The notes below the pieces were generated by a model that was given only the letters and a program-made list of their open reading frames with translations, did not search any database and was not told the origin of the DNA. 64,000 nt of DNA, from positions 64,001 through 128,000 of IMG/VR virus record IMGVR_UViG_3300005611_001698, one strand, 5' to 3'. This DNA comes from a virus. Lineage: Duplodnaviria; Caudoviricetes. Shown here in pieces: positions 17,639 through 26,735 of the stretch (position 1 is its first letter; every line of letters starts with the position of its first letter). Made by a program: the position numbers and the translations under genes.

Positions 17639-17658
17639 TGTTAGCAAAAGTATTCTTC

Positions 17659-17853
17659 CTATTCTTTATTTAGTAAATACTCTTTTTCTTTTTGATAAAT
17701 CGAAGAGGGGTTAAAATAAATCTCAACTCCCTCTTGGATTCCAGGAACTAACCATTGATCAACACGATAACAATACTTCCAGTTTACTGGTTGGGCACAG
17801 TTCAAAACAACCACAGACCAGAAAGCAGTAACATAGTTGATCAGAGTTTGCAT
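17659..17853 (-). CDS. Small hypothetical protein
   Basis: TAATG-coupled to mazG; hydrophobic N-terminus. Confidence 0.65.
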   Translation of the reverse strand: MQTLINYVTAFWSVVVLNCAQPVNWKYCYRVDQWLVPGIQEGVEIYFNPSSIYQKEKEYLLNKE

Positions 17854-18257
17854 TAGAGATCGCCTTCCACACGATTTTCAGAACGCTCAATACTAAATGC
17901 ACCCTCAGGATAACGAGCACTCAGTTTGTCGAAGTTCATCTGAATTACCTCTTCGATACTAATATCAAGTGCCATACATGCTTGGGCAATATACCACATG
18001 ATGTCTCCAAGTTCGCGCTTCATATGAAAGATATTATCTTCATTATATGGTTTACCTTGGAAGATAATCTTCTTTACAACCTCAGTAAACTCACCAGCTT
18101 CGGCAGTCATTCCAAGAGCAGCAGTCAGAAGTTGAGTGACATTACAATCATTTTCAAGTTCCAGAGTATTCAGACGAGTTAGAAATGCAGCATAATCCAG
18201 AGACGGATCGCTAGTGGTTTCACGAACAAATTCAACGTATTTTTGAGTGTCAATCAT
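17853..18257 (-). CDS. mazG: MazG-like nucleotide pyrophosphohydrolase
   Basis: EAGEFTEVVKK...ELGDIMWY...N..KL..RYP. Confidence 0.92.
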   Translation of the reverse strand: MIDTQKYVEFVRETTSDPSLDYAAFLTRLNTLELENDCNVTQLLTAALGMTAEAGEFTEVVKKIIFQGKPYNEDNIFHMKRELGDIMWYIAQACMALDISIEEVIQMNFDKLSARYPEGAFSIERSENRVEGDL

Positions 18258-19636
18258 TAGAATTTCAGTGTAGAGAACTTTTTCTTTAAATCAGTGGTTT
18301 CTTTGTAATCATACTCCTCTTCCTTGCCGTTGTCAAGGATATCATTCTGTGCCGACTGCTCACAATCGTAGAGTCGCATCTTGGCACGATCAATACCAAC
18401 TACAAATCGTTTGTTGATGGTGGGATCATTATATCGGTTCTTCAACTGCTTCACCATAATCTGTCCCAGTTCTTCCAGTTCCTCAGTTGAAATAAGGGCA
18501 AGCATAAGATCAGCAGTAGCAGGGAGACCAAAGGATTCACTAGTGTCAGTAATGTCAACGTCAGAGCTACCATAACCAGAACGAGTGGTCTGGGTGGCAG
18601 ATACGATAGGGACGTTTGCTTCGACAGCGAGCCCTCTAAGTTCCTCAGCAATCGACTTAACAAGTGTATAGGAATTGATATTGGCAGACCCTTTGTAACG
18701 CGAAGAGGCACAAATATTGAGATAGTCCACAAAAATAATATCAGGTCTAAAAGACTTTTTAAGTGCAAGTTCGTTAAGGAGTGACCTAAAATGTCCAGCA
18801 TGTGCAGATGCCGTAGGGTACTCTTTAATAATTAGGTTGCCTTGTGTCTTTTTAGAAAGATTATTAACCTTCGAATCAAATATTTGTTTTGGTAAGTCAA
18901 CAATATCTTGTATATTTACATTCAGGAGGTTTGCATCAATTCGCTCAGCAATTTTTTCCTCTGCCATTTCACATGTAATGTAGAGTACGTTCCTACCCTG
19001 CATGAGCGCGGCACTAGCAACATGGCACATGAATAGACTTTTGCCGACACCTGTACCAGCAAGAGCGATATTGAGAGTTTTATTAGGGAGACCACCTTTG
19101 GTGATTTTGTTAAGATATTCCAGATCAAAGGGGATTTTGTCTTCCTTACGGTGGTAGATAGCATAGCGTTCTTCGTAGTCTTCTAGGTAGTTGTGTCCAA
19201 CATGATTATCAAATGATACTGCCAAAGCATCAGAAAGAATAGATGGAATGGCATCTCGTCCCTTCTTCTCGTCCTTGCCGTCTGCCAGGGCAATAGACTC
19301 CATCAGTGCCAGATAAATGGCACGATCACGACACCACTTTTCTGTGGTGTCACATAACCAATCAAAATCAGCAGGTTCTTTATCAAGATAAGAAATAATC
19401 TTGCTAAGTTCTTTAAAGAGTGATTCGTTTAGATCCTCTCTGTTTTCAACCTCAATCGATACTGCTTCTTTCGTAGGAAGCTCATCATACTTAATAATAA
19501 ACGAAGAAATCTCCTCATAAAGAATTTTATGACTAGGATCCTCAAAGTATTCTTTCTTGATAAAAGGAATAACTTTTCTAGAATACTTTTCATCATAGAG
19601 GAGATTTTTGAGAACAAGATTCTCAACTTTCTCCAT
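18257..19636 (-). CDS. gp41: Replicative DnaB-like helicase gp41
   Basis: AGTGVGKS Walker A, VDYLNI, SESFGLP. Confidence 0.97.
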   Translation of the reverse strand: MEKVENLVLKNLLYDEKYSRKVIPFIKKEYFEDPSHKILYEEISSFIIKYDELPTKEAVSIEVENREDLNESLFKELSKIISYLDKEPADFDWLCDTTEKWCRDRAIYLALMESIALADGKDEKKGRDAIPSILSDALAVSFDNHVGHNYLEDYEERYAIYHRKEDKIPFDLEYLNKITKGGLPNKTLNIALAGTGVGKSLFMCHVASAALMQGRNVLYITCEMAEEKIAERIDANLLNVNIQDIVDLPKQIFDSKVNNLSKKTQGNLIIKEYPTASAHAGHFRSLLNELALKKSFRPDIIFVDYLNICASSRYKGSANINSYTLVKSIAEELRGLAVEANVPIVSATQTTRSGYGSSDVDITDTSESFGLPATADLMLALISTEELEELGQIMVKQLKNRYNDPTINKRFVVGIDRAKMRLYDCEQSAQNDILDNGKEEEYDYKETTDLKKKFSTLKF

Positions 19637-20630
19637 AACTAAACTCCTTCTTTGCGATTTCGTCCAACTGTTCCATCACCTCTGGCGTGAAATATTTTTC
19701 AGGTTCTTTGTAGATTGCCTTGGCATATACTTTCTTTCCGTCAATTTCATATCTACCTGCGACATTCTTCCAAAGTCCACCGAGTTCACCGAGTTCAAGA
19801 AGACCATAATATCGATCAAGACCACGCTCATCATAATACAAACGTATTTCCACATCTTTATTCTCTTTACTTAGACGCGACTTAGCAGTCTTTGCCTTGA
19901 TAATGTTTCCAACAACTTCCGTTCCATCCTTTTCCTTCTTCTTGCTAAGATAAATGATACTAGAAGCGGCATATTTAAGGCCACTACCACCACCCATCTC
20001 CTTAGTAGGAACGTAAGCACCGATGACATCGTAGGTATGATTAGTAACAATCATTGGTATGTTAGCTTGACCAAGTTTCAATGTCAACATTCTGAATGCA
20101 CCTTTAACAAGTTGTGATTTTGTCATGTCACGAACTTGTTTATCATTTAAAGCATCAGTTATTTCTTTTTCAGTTGAGAGCATACCCAAAGAATCAAGCA
20201 CAAACATGCAAGGTTTGCGTTCTTCTACGGGTGCTTTTAAGTATATATCAACTGCACGAAGTGCTTTACTGCGAAACTCTTCGATTGTTACGACATTCAC
20301 AACAACTGTTCGATCAAGATCAACACCACGACTTGCTAAAAGAGACTTGTTAACTGCTGCTTCTGTATCAAAATAAAGACAGTACCCATCGGGATTGCTA
20401 TCAAGAAAATTTTTAACAACAGCCAACGAGAAGAATGTTTTTCCAGTGCTAGACTCCCCAGCAATAGCAGTAATCTTATTCCCAGATACACCGCCAAATA
20501 TGCTACCTGAAACCAGTGCATTAAAAATGTACGAACCCGTATCAACATATGTCTCAGTTTCATCAATGTCTGATGCAAGTTTGGTGTAATCATCACCAAT
20601 CTCTTTTACGATGTCTTTCAAAAAATCCAT
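19623..20630 (-). CDS. uvsX: RecA-like recombinase UvsX
   Basis: GESSTGKT, FDTE, LDSLG, MGGGSG. Confidence 0.96.
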   Translation of the reverse strand: MDFLKDIVKEIGDDYTKLASDIDETETYVDTGSYIFNALVSGSIFGGVSGNKITAIAGESSTGKTFFSLAVVKNFLDSNPDGYCLYFDTEAAVNKSLLASRGVDLDRTVVVNVVTIEEFRSKALRAVDIYLKAPVEERKPCMFVLDSLGMLSTEKEITDALNDKQVRDMTKSQLVKGAFRMLTLKLGQANIPMIVTNHTYDVIGAYVPTKEMGGGSGLKYAASSIIYLSKKKEKDGTEVVGNIIKAKTAKSRLSKENKDVEIRLYYDERGLDRYYGLLELGELGGLWKNVAGRYEIDGKKVYAKAIYKEPEKYFTPEVMEQLDEIAKKEFSYGES

Positions 20631-20827
20631 CAATGCCACCTAAGAGTGTGCAGATATTCTAGCACATTTTTACGCACATCCATCAGTTCATGATAACACT
20701 TTTGGTTGTGAGCACACTGTCTTAATGCACTGTCTGGTTTGTGAACTGATTCGATAAAGATGTCAAGTCCACGATTCCATTTCTCCTTTTTCGATTCGCC
20801 GTCATCGATTACGTATTGATCTTTCAT
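20630..20827 (-). CDS. Hypothetical protein
   Basis: Coupled ORF between g43 and uvsX. Confidence 0.75.
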   Translation of the reverse strand: MKDQYVIDDGESKKEKWNRGLDIFIESVHKPDSALRQCAHNQKCYHELMDVRKNVLEYLHTLRWH

Positions 20828-23316
20828 GAGAAGAATGCCTCCAAGTTTGTAGTTTTTTCAACAGACCAACCAATGGAATCAAGAATGATCTTCAATGGTT
20901 CCAAGAATGCCTTATCAAATTGAAGATCGTAGTCAATATATTTGTTGAGATCCAGTTCTTTTGGCCATTCTTGAATGAATGATAACACATTTTCATGAAT
21001 TGGATTTGGTTTTTTCAAATACAGAAACCTAATCTTTTCCCCGTTCTGAATAAGAGAATACTTGTTGGTGAGTTTTTTCTGTTTTATGTAGTGGTTGAAC
21101 AAAAGTGCTCCGCGACAATGAATCGGAGTTCCCTTATCATAAATTGAGTTGACTGACTTATACTTTTCGACATCAGATACCGAACGAGGAAAAGAAATCT
21201 GCTCTGGATCCATCTTCTTGAAGTCTGATCGGCACCTTTCAATGTATTCAATCACATCATTTTCAGTGCCAGTCATCATGAGTTTGAAGGAATCCTTCAA
21301 CATCTTGCGACAAGGTGCAGGTGTAGAGGACTTAACTGCCTCAATACCCATGACTTTCAGTTTAGGTTCTGCATACTGAACACCCTCACTGTTCCATACG
21401 TTGAGAATGTATCGCTTCTTCGCAGTCCAAATACCACGATCAGCAATGTTCTCACGCTTCATGAACATCTTCTGCTCATATGCCGACATGTAGTCCGCAA
21501 GTTCCTGATAAGACTGTTCGATGAATGGTTCCAACTTGTCTTGACAGATCTGATCAAGTATGGAAACAATCGCTGCTTTGTCGCTAGACTTATTAGCAAA
21601 AAATTTACTAACAAGAGGTCCAAGATTAAGATAGATTGAGTCAGTGTCGGATGCAATGACGTAATCCTCTCCTTCTGTTTTAAGAAGATTATTTAGATAG
21701 TCATTCATCTTGTTCTCAATCCATCGAATTGATGCCTGACCAGAAAGAGTAATAGCTTCTGCATTCTCCAACTTATAATATCGGAAATACTGATTACCAA
21801 TAGCACCATAAGCAGAGTTCAGTTGGATCTTACGTGCCATTTGGATGTTATTACACCGCGCAATCTCCTTTTCAAGTGTCTTGGAGGGTGACTTTTCGTT
21901 CTCTTGCTTAGCAGCAAGCATCTTTTTCTTGTAAATGGTGCGTTCTTTGTAGATTTTATCCATCAGTTCTGGCAAAAATCCACGCACATCTTTGCGATAC
22001 ATTGCACCATTTGCTGCTGTTGCATAACGACCATCTGCCATAAATGTTCCAGACAAGATTTTATCCACAGAACATCTTGGATGAGGTTCATCCACCAGAG
22101 TTTCTGGTGAAATGTTATATTGCATAATTAAATGTGGATATAGACTGTTCAAGTCAAAGGAAACAACCCAATCATAACTACCAGGAATCGGTTCTTTAAC
22201 ATATGCACCAGCATATTTGTCATCCTTTTTGGCACCAACCTTTGGCGGAATAACAATATTTCTCTTTTTAAGATAGTTGTAGATGATTGCATCCCACATT
22301 CTGACCTGATAAAACACGTCGGTGAAGTTTACTTTGGCATCATATGCCATTGTCAGTGCCAACTCAATCAATTTCATCTTGTCTTCCAAACGGTCAACAA
22401 GTTCCACGTCTTTGATGTTGTATTCAACGAACTTTTGCCAGTTACCAGTATAGAAATCTTTGAAAGTGTCAAACTCAGAGTGATCTAGTTTTTGTTGACC
22501 GAGTTCAACCAGTGCAATATGATCCAGACGATAAGATTCTTGGTTGGTATAAGTAAATTTCTTATACAAATCAAGGTAATCTAGCTGGGTAACACCACCA
22601 ATATCCATTGATTTGTTCTTTCTGCCTTGAATAAAGACCTCATGTTCACTTACAAGACCCCATGGCGAAAGACGCTTCATACGTTTTTCGCCAAGAACTT
22701 TTTTAAGGCGTCCAGCAATATATGGGATATCGAATAGTTGGATATTCCAACCAGTGATAACCTCAGGCGGTTCATTTTCCCAATAAGTTATGAACTTATT
22801 AAGAAGATCTACTTCATCCAAGCAACGAATATACTCAACATTCTTTTGTTTAACCACAAAAGGTTTGACACCCCACGTGATAATCTGTTTAGTTGCATAA
22901 TCTTGTATCGTGATTGTGAGCAATTCTTCCTCACAAGTTTGCACATCGGGGAATCCTTGCTCAGCAGTTGTCTCAATATCCAGAGTAATCAACTTGATCT
23001 TTAAAATATCAAAGTCGATGTGCTCATCAGGATAGTTATCCGAAATGTACTGATAAATGTACCTTTCATTACCGTAGATATTGAATCCTTCAACTCCATC
23101 ATACTTTGAAAAAAACTCACGACAGTCTTTTACATAACCAGGGTGAATGGGTTCAACAAGTTTACCATTCAAAGTTTTATATTTCGAATCTTTTTTCTTG
23201 CTGTCAACAAAAAGAGTTGGTTTGTACTCTTCACGGAGAGCAAAATGTTCTCCATTATCATAACCACGGACCAGGAATTGGTTACCGACAAGTTGTACGT
23301 TGGTGTAAAATCTCAT
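20824..23316 (-). CDS. gp43: Family B DNA polymerase gp43
   Basis: DIET exonuclease, SFDLNSLYP, KxxLNSAYG, DTDS. Confidence 0.98.
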   Translation of the reverse strand: MRFYTNVQLVGNQFLVRGYDNGEHFALREEYKPTLFVDSKKKDSKYKTLNGKLVEPIHPGYVKDCREFFSKYDGVEGFNIYGNERYIYQYISDNYPDEHIDFDILKIKLITLDIETTAEQGFPDVQTCEEELLTITIQDYATKQIITWGVKPFVVKQKNVEYIRCLDEVDLLNKFITYWENEPPEVITGWNIQLFDIPYIAGRLKKVLGEKRMKRLSPWGLVSEHEVFIQGRKNKSMDIGGVTQLDYLDLYKKFTYTNQESYRLDHIALVELGQQKLDHSEFDTFKDFYTGNWQKFVEYNIKDVELVDRLEDKMKLIELALTMAYDAKVNFTDVFYQVRMWDAIIYNYLKKRNIVIPPKVGAKKDDKYAGAYVKEPIPGSYDWVVSFDLNSLYPHLIMQYNISPETLVDEPHPRCSVDKILSGTFMADGRYATAANGAMYRKDVRGFLPELMDKIYKERTIYKKKMLAAKQENEKSPSKTLEKEIARCNNIQMARKIQLNSAYGAIGNQYFRYYKLENAEAITLSGQASIRWIENKMNDYLNNLLKTEGEDYVIASDTDSIYLNLGPLVSKFFANKSSDKAAIVSILDQICQDKLEPFIEQSYQELADYMSAYEQKMFMKRENIADRGIWTAKKRYILNVWNSEGVQYAEPKLKVMGIEAVKSSTPAPCRKMLKDSFKLMMTGTENDVIEYIERCRSDFKKMDPEQISFPRSVSDVEKYKSVNSIYDKGTPIHCRGALLFNHYIKQKKLTNKYSLIQNGEKIRFLYLKKPNPIHENVLSFIQEWPKELDLNKYIDYDLQFDKAFLEPLKIILDSIGWSVEKTTNLEAFFS

Positions 23317-23567
23317 CAAGAAATCAAGGATTTGTATTTTTCAAGTAGTTTATTGTTTGGTTCAACAATGGTTAAGATTTTATCTGAACTGATCATAAAC
23401 TCATTTTGTGATGTAAAATCAATACACCATGGCATCAATTCTCCTGTTGTTTGAACAACAATAAATGGTTCGATCAGTTTACAATCGGGTTCTCCGAGTT
23501 CAGATCCAACCTCTTCAATCTGCGAAACCAAGATCGAGTTGTTCATTAGAACTAGAACTTTGACCAT
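23316..23567 (-). CDS. Small beta-rich hypothetical protein (Sm-like fold suspected)
   Basis: Pattern similar to neighbour: L.PW...F.I..D.I.TIVEP. Confidence 0.7.
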   Translation of the reverse strand: MVKVLVLMNNSILVSQIEEVGSELGEPDCKLIEPFIVVQTTGELMPWCIDFTSQNEFMISSDKILTIVEPNNKLLEKYKSLIS

Positions 23568-23853
23568 CTTTAATACCTTCCTTATACTTTTGTGTTACTT
23601 GTGGAATAGGTTCAACCAATGTAATAATCCAATCAGGAGCAACTGGAATTTCTTTCTGTGATGTCAACGGAATCCAAGGAGCAAAAACAATATCAATGTC
23701 TCTACCTTTCTCATAAAGAGCTTGTGGATCTAAGAATCGAACAGTTGCTGGATTAACAAACGTATATCCAATTACACGTTCTCCCATCACAAGTTCTTTT
23801 ACATCAGCGATAACATCCTCGCCCGATTTCAAAACTGCCAGTTTGATTGCCAT
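23515..23853 (-). CDS. Small beta-rich hypothetical protein (Sm-like fold suspected)
   Basis: IKL.VLKSGEDVIADV...PW...DWIITLVEP; GGAGG RBS. Confidence 0.75.
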   Translation of the reverse strand: MAIKLAVLKSGEDVIADVKELVMGERVIGYTFVNPATVRFLDPQALYEKGRDIDIVFAPWIPLTSQKEIPVAPDWIITLVEPIPQVTQKYKEGIKDGQSSSSNEQLDLGFAD

Positions 23854-23874
23854 AAGTCACATTACCTCCATCTA

Positions 23875-23927
23875 ATTATACCAAGAAAAAAGAGGGGCGT
23901 CAACTGGTTTGTGCCAGTTGCCCCTCT
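23875..23927 (-). terminator. Rho-independent terminator overlapping a TTGACG-17-TATAAT promoter
   Basis: AGAGGGGCAACTGG/CCAGTTGACGCCCCTCT stem plus T-run; -10 at 23880-23875. Confidence 0.8.
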
Positions 23928-23950
23928 GCGGCGACGATATTCAATACTAT

Positions 23951-24217
23951 TTAGTCTCTAATAATCACTTTAATTTTTGTTTTTGAATTATCAGTATGCT
24001 TAAAGCAAGATTTTAATGGAAGAACCTTGCGTTCAGTATACCATCCCCAATTATCATACTTAGTTACATATTTAATTTTCTTACATCGTCTCCAATCTTT
24101 TCTCACCATAACATCCTTTTCAGGATGATAGTATACAGAACTATTATAATTCCTTGGGTGAGCAAATGCTGGAGACGCAATTAATAATGAAGTTAATCCA
24201 ATAATAAGTTTGTTCAT
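23951..24217 (-). CDS. Small secreted basic protein
   Basis: Signal peptide ending AFA; ATGA-coupled to hsp20. Confidence 0.7.
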   Translation of the reverse strand: MNKLIIGLTSLLIASPAFAHPRNYNSSVYYHPEKDVMVRKDWRRCKKIKYVTKYDNWGWYTERKVLPLKSCFKHTDNSKTKIKVIIRD

Positions 24218-24645
24218 AGATAATCCTTTCGTTTGTGTGCCTCTGGAACAATTTTTCCAAGCACAATATTTAGAAGCCCATCTTCAAAAGTAACTGATCT
24301 AACTTCCGTGTCCTCACTGAGTGTCCAGGAACGTGTAAAACTCCGTTGAGCCACACCCTTGTGGACGTAGTTAGTTTCCGTTTCTTTATCTTCCTTCTGA
24401 CCCTCCACAAAGAGTTTACCATCTTGTGTGTAGACATGAACTTCCTTCTTTTTGAATCCGGCAAGAGCAATCTCTAAACGAGACTCCACATTGTTTAACG
24501 AAACCAAATTGTATGGAGGATAATTTGATGTTGTCTCATGAATTGTAAATAGACGATCGAAATATTCGTCCATTCCAATAGAGTTTCTAGTAATGCGATC
24601 CAACAGTTGATTTAAGTTGGCAGCATTATACTTCGTTAGTTCCAT
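24214..24645 (-). CDS. hsp20: Small heat-shock protein (Hsp20/IbpA-like)
   Basis: YPPYN, LEIALAGF, F.RSW.L, DGLL alpha-crystallin motifs; true start ATG 24645 behind AGGAGA. Confidence 0.95.
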   Translation of the reverse strand: MELTKYNAANLNQLLDRITRNSIGMDEYFDRLFTIHETTSNYPPYNLVSLNNVESRLEIALAGFKKKEVHVYTQDGKLFVEGQKEDKETETNYVHKGVAQRSFTRSWTLSEDTEVRSVTFEDGLLNIVLGKIVPEAHKRKDYL

Positions 24646-24652
24646 TTGTACT

Positions 24653-24699
24653 TCTCCTGTTAAAGCGAGATTTGATTGTGTGGACCCCGAAGGCATCCA
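24653..24699 (-). promoter_or_regulatory. Structured hsp20 leader: C(UUCG)G hairpin plus ROSE-like SD-sequestering hairpin
   Basis: UGGAUGCC-UUCG-GGGUCCA; UCUCGCU pairs with AGGAGA leaving a bulged G. Confidence 0.7.
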
Positions 24700-24719
24700 T
24701 AATTATATATTAGCACAAG

Positions 24720-24751
24720 GCATAAAAAAGGGGGGTGTTGTAACCCGCCCT
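24720..24751. repeat. Left copy of ~32-bp direct repeat (terminator-like hairpin)
   Basis: GCATAAAAAAGGGGGGTGTTGTAACCCGCCCT matches 26221-26252. Confidence 0.85.
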
Positions 24752-24780
24752 CATAATAAATACTTTTAAAATATTTTCAA

Positions 24781-26226
24781 ATGACCAGTAGATTTTTGAC
24801 AGATGTTCTTTTTTACTTATCAAGTCTTGAAAATACTGATCTAAAAGACTCTGTAATTGATGAGGTTGATGATTTTGCTACAATTAACAGAGGAGTTATT
24901 CAATTAGAATATATTTCTTCTAAGAAAAAATCTGGCAAACCTGTGATTGCTGATGAAGTAAAAAAATTATTAGTTAAAAAGTATCAAAAAGGTAAGAGAT
25001 TAGTTTTATCTCTAAGAGATGGTGGATTGCGAATAGTCCCAGACGATGTTTACGTATCCTTTAAACAAAAACCAAAGACAGGTAAAAGCAGTAGTAGTGG
25101 GAAAAGTGTCAAAACTGCGATTCAGGAAGAGGGGAGTGCTTTTATTCTGACGCAAGTTTTGAAAAAGAATAAGAAATTTGAAAGTGCAAAAGATATTTTA
25201 AATGACACAGAAACCTTCAAAGGTTTAGAAAAAATATTTGGGTCTGCTTATAAGGATAAAATAAATGCGTGGGTGCATAGTTATTACGAACATCAAAAAG
25301 CATTCTTCAAAAAATTTCAACCATCTCAATGGGATGTTTTTGAACATGGTGGACAAGACTTCATGACTTTCATAAAAGATGAACTAAAAAAAGTTAGTGT
25401 CATGACAGTCCGTGGTAAAGTCCCTGTTGGCAAATATGAAACTTGGAATCCTGCTGATATATGGGCAGTAAAAGATAAAACAACTGTAAAAAATATGATT
25501 GATAAAGCAATAGATGGTGATCATCAAACGTTGACTGAGTTTAATAATGTTCTTTATAAATTAATTAATCAAGAAAAACTTATTGGACTATCACTTAAAA
25601 AAATTGATGACAGGCAAACAGCAAAATTCAAATATGTCAATGTGAGTCCAAAGGATATTGAATTTGCAGACGTGGAACAAATAAAGATGAAGGATATCAA
25701 AATAGAAATAGACACATCCCCATCAAAAGATGGGATGATTCAAGGTGCGTATGTTACTTTTGCTGATTATACGACTTACATCATAAGAACACCTGGGGAT
25801 AAATTTTCTAACCTAAAATATGAAAGTGTAATCAAGGGAAGTGGAGGTAAGGGTGGTGCTGCTCCTGTCAATTTAGTTGAAGATTTGATTCAATCGACAA
25901 CAAGCGAGAAAACTTTTACCAATAAACATCAAGAGTATCCTCAAACTATTGAGGAATTTAATGATGACAAACGTGATTATAAAACGATGTATAATAACTT
26001 GAAAAAATATATTAAAGGAACTAGCACTTATGATCAATTTGAATCTATGATAAAAGAAATGTTTGAATCCAACAGTGCTAAAAGCAGAGCCATAGCACAA
26101 TCAAAATTAATGCAACTTAATTTTTTCAATGATGTATTAAATGCAGAATCTGAATTCTGGACAGATTTGCTCTACATGTCTCTTAAAGTTGGAAAGAGAT
26201 TTGCACCTCACGGAAAACTCGCATAA
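24781..26226 (+). CDS. Uncharacterised nuclease-like protein (putative PD-(D/E)XK variant) inserted against the operon direction
   Basis: QEEGS...WNPADIW...GLSLKK; AT-rich; AATAAATA at 24755-24762; flanked by direct repeats. Confidence 0.6.
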   Translation: MTSRFLTDVLFYLSSLENTDLKDSVIDEVDDFATINRGVIQLEYISSKKKSGKPVIADEVKKLLVKKYQKGKRLVLSLRDGGLRIVPDDVYVSFKQKPKTGKSSSSGKSVKTAIQEEGSAFILTQVLKKNKKFESAKDILNDTETFKGLEKIFGSAYKDKINAWVHSYYEHQKAFFKKFQPSQWDVFEHGGQDFMTFIKDELKKVSVMTVRGKVPVGKYETWNPADIWAVKDKTTVKNMIDKAIDGDHQTLTEFNNVLYKLINQEKLIGLSLKKIDDRQTAKFKYVNVSPKDIEFADVEQIKMKDIKIEIDTSPSKDGMIQGAYVTFADYTTYIIRTPGDKFSNLKYESVIKGSGGKGGAAPVNLVEDLIQSTTSEKTFTNKHQEYPQTIEEFNDDKRDYKTMYNNLKKYIKGTSTYDQFESMIKEMFESNSAKSRAIAQSKLMQLNFFNDVLNAESEFWTDLLYMSLKVGKRFAPHGKLA

Positions 26227-26253
26227 AAAAGGAGGGTGTTGGTAACCCTCCTT
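26221..26253 (-). terminator. Rho-independent terminator after regA; right copy of direct repeat
   Basis: AAGGAGGGT/ACCCTCCTT stem plus T-run on minus strand. Confidence 0.85.
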
Positions 26254-26297
26254 GTAGCGTATATTCCTTTTGTAGCGTGTCGCGCACGAAAGCGACG
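26225..26297 (-). ncRNA. Candidate late small RNA downstream of regA
   Basis: TAAATA at 26306-26301, 5' hairpin, ACGCTACAA twice, terminator, no ORF. Confidence 0.5.
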
Positions 26298-26303
26298 TTC
26301 TAT

Positions 26304-26735
26304 TTAGGACTCTTGTGTCTTCTTTTTACCAATGTTATATTTTGTTTCAAGGGTCCACTCATTCTTTTCTTTGAAAGAGAGAACCTTGATTTGATTCAGA
26401 GGAGCAATCTCAGTGATAGTCTCAGCGTTGACTACCTCAATGAGTCCCCAATCAGAAAGAAGTTGAGTAATACGATTACGACGTTGAACATCATTAGGAG
26501 TAAGATTGGCATGTTTGCCATCCAGAGCAAACAACTCCTTAAAGTGAACGATAAAGTATCTTCCTTGCTTATGAAGAATGTGGCAAGACTGATACAGTTT
26601 CTTTTCTTTGCGTGATGCTACTCCAATACGAGTCAGTGTCTCACGCACTTTGAGAAAGTCATCAGGTTCTCTCAGTCTTACTTCAATCATCTGGTCCTGG
26701 GACCACTGTACCTCAGGTTCTTTCACCGTGCTCAT
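26304..26735 (-). CDS. regA: Translational repressor RegA
   Basis: DDFLKVRETLTRIG...LYQSCHILHKQGRYFIVHFKELF. Confidence 0.97.
   Translation of the reverse strand: MSTVKEPEVQWSQDQMIEVRLREPDDFLKVRETLTRIGVASRKEKKLYQSCHILHKQGRYFIVHFKELFALDGKHANLTPNDVQRRNRITQLLSDWGLIEVVNAETITEIAPLNQIKVLSFKEKNEWTLETKYNIGKKKTQES

Noticed and set aside
24646-24696. 17-codon N-terminal extension of hsp20 in the ORF track
   Set aside because: ATG lies within the leader hairpin; the strong SD points to ATG 24645
26277-26615. Plus-strand 112-aa ORF starting in the regA downstream element
   Set aside because: Antisense to the conserved regA gene, GTG start with no RBS
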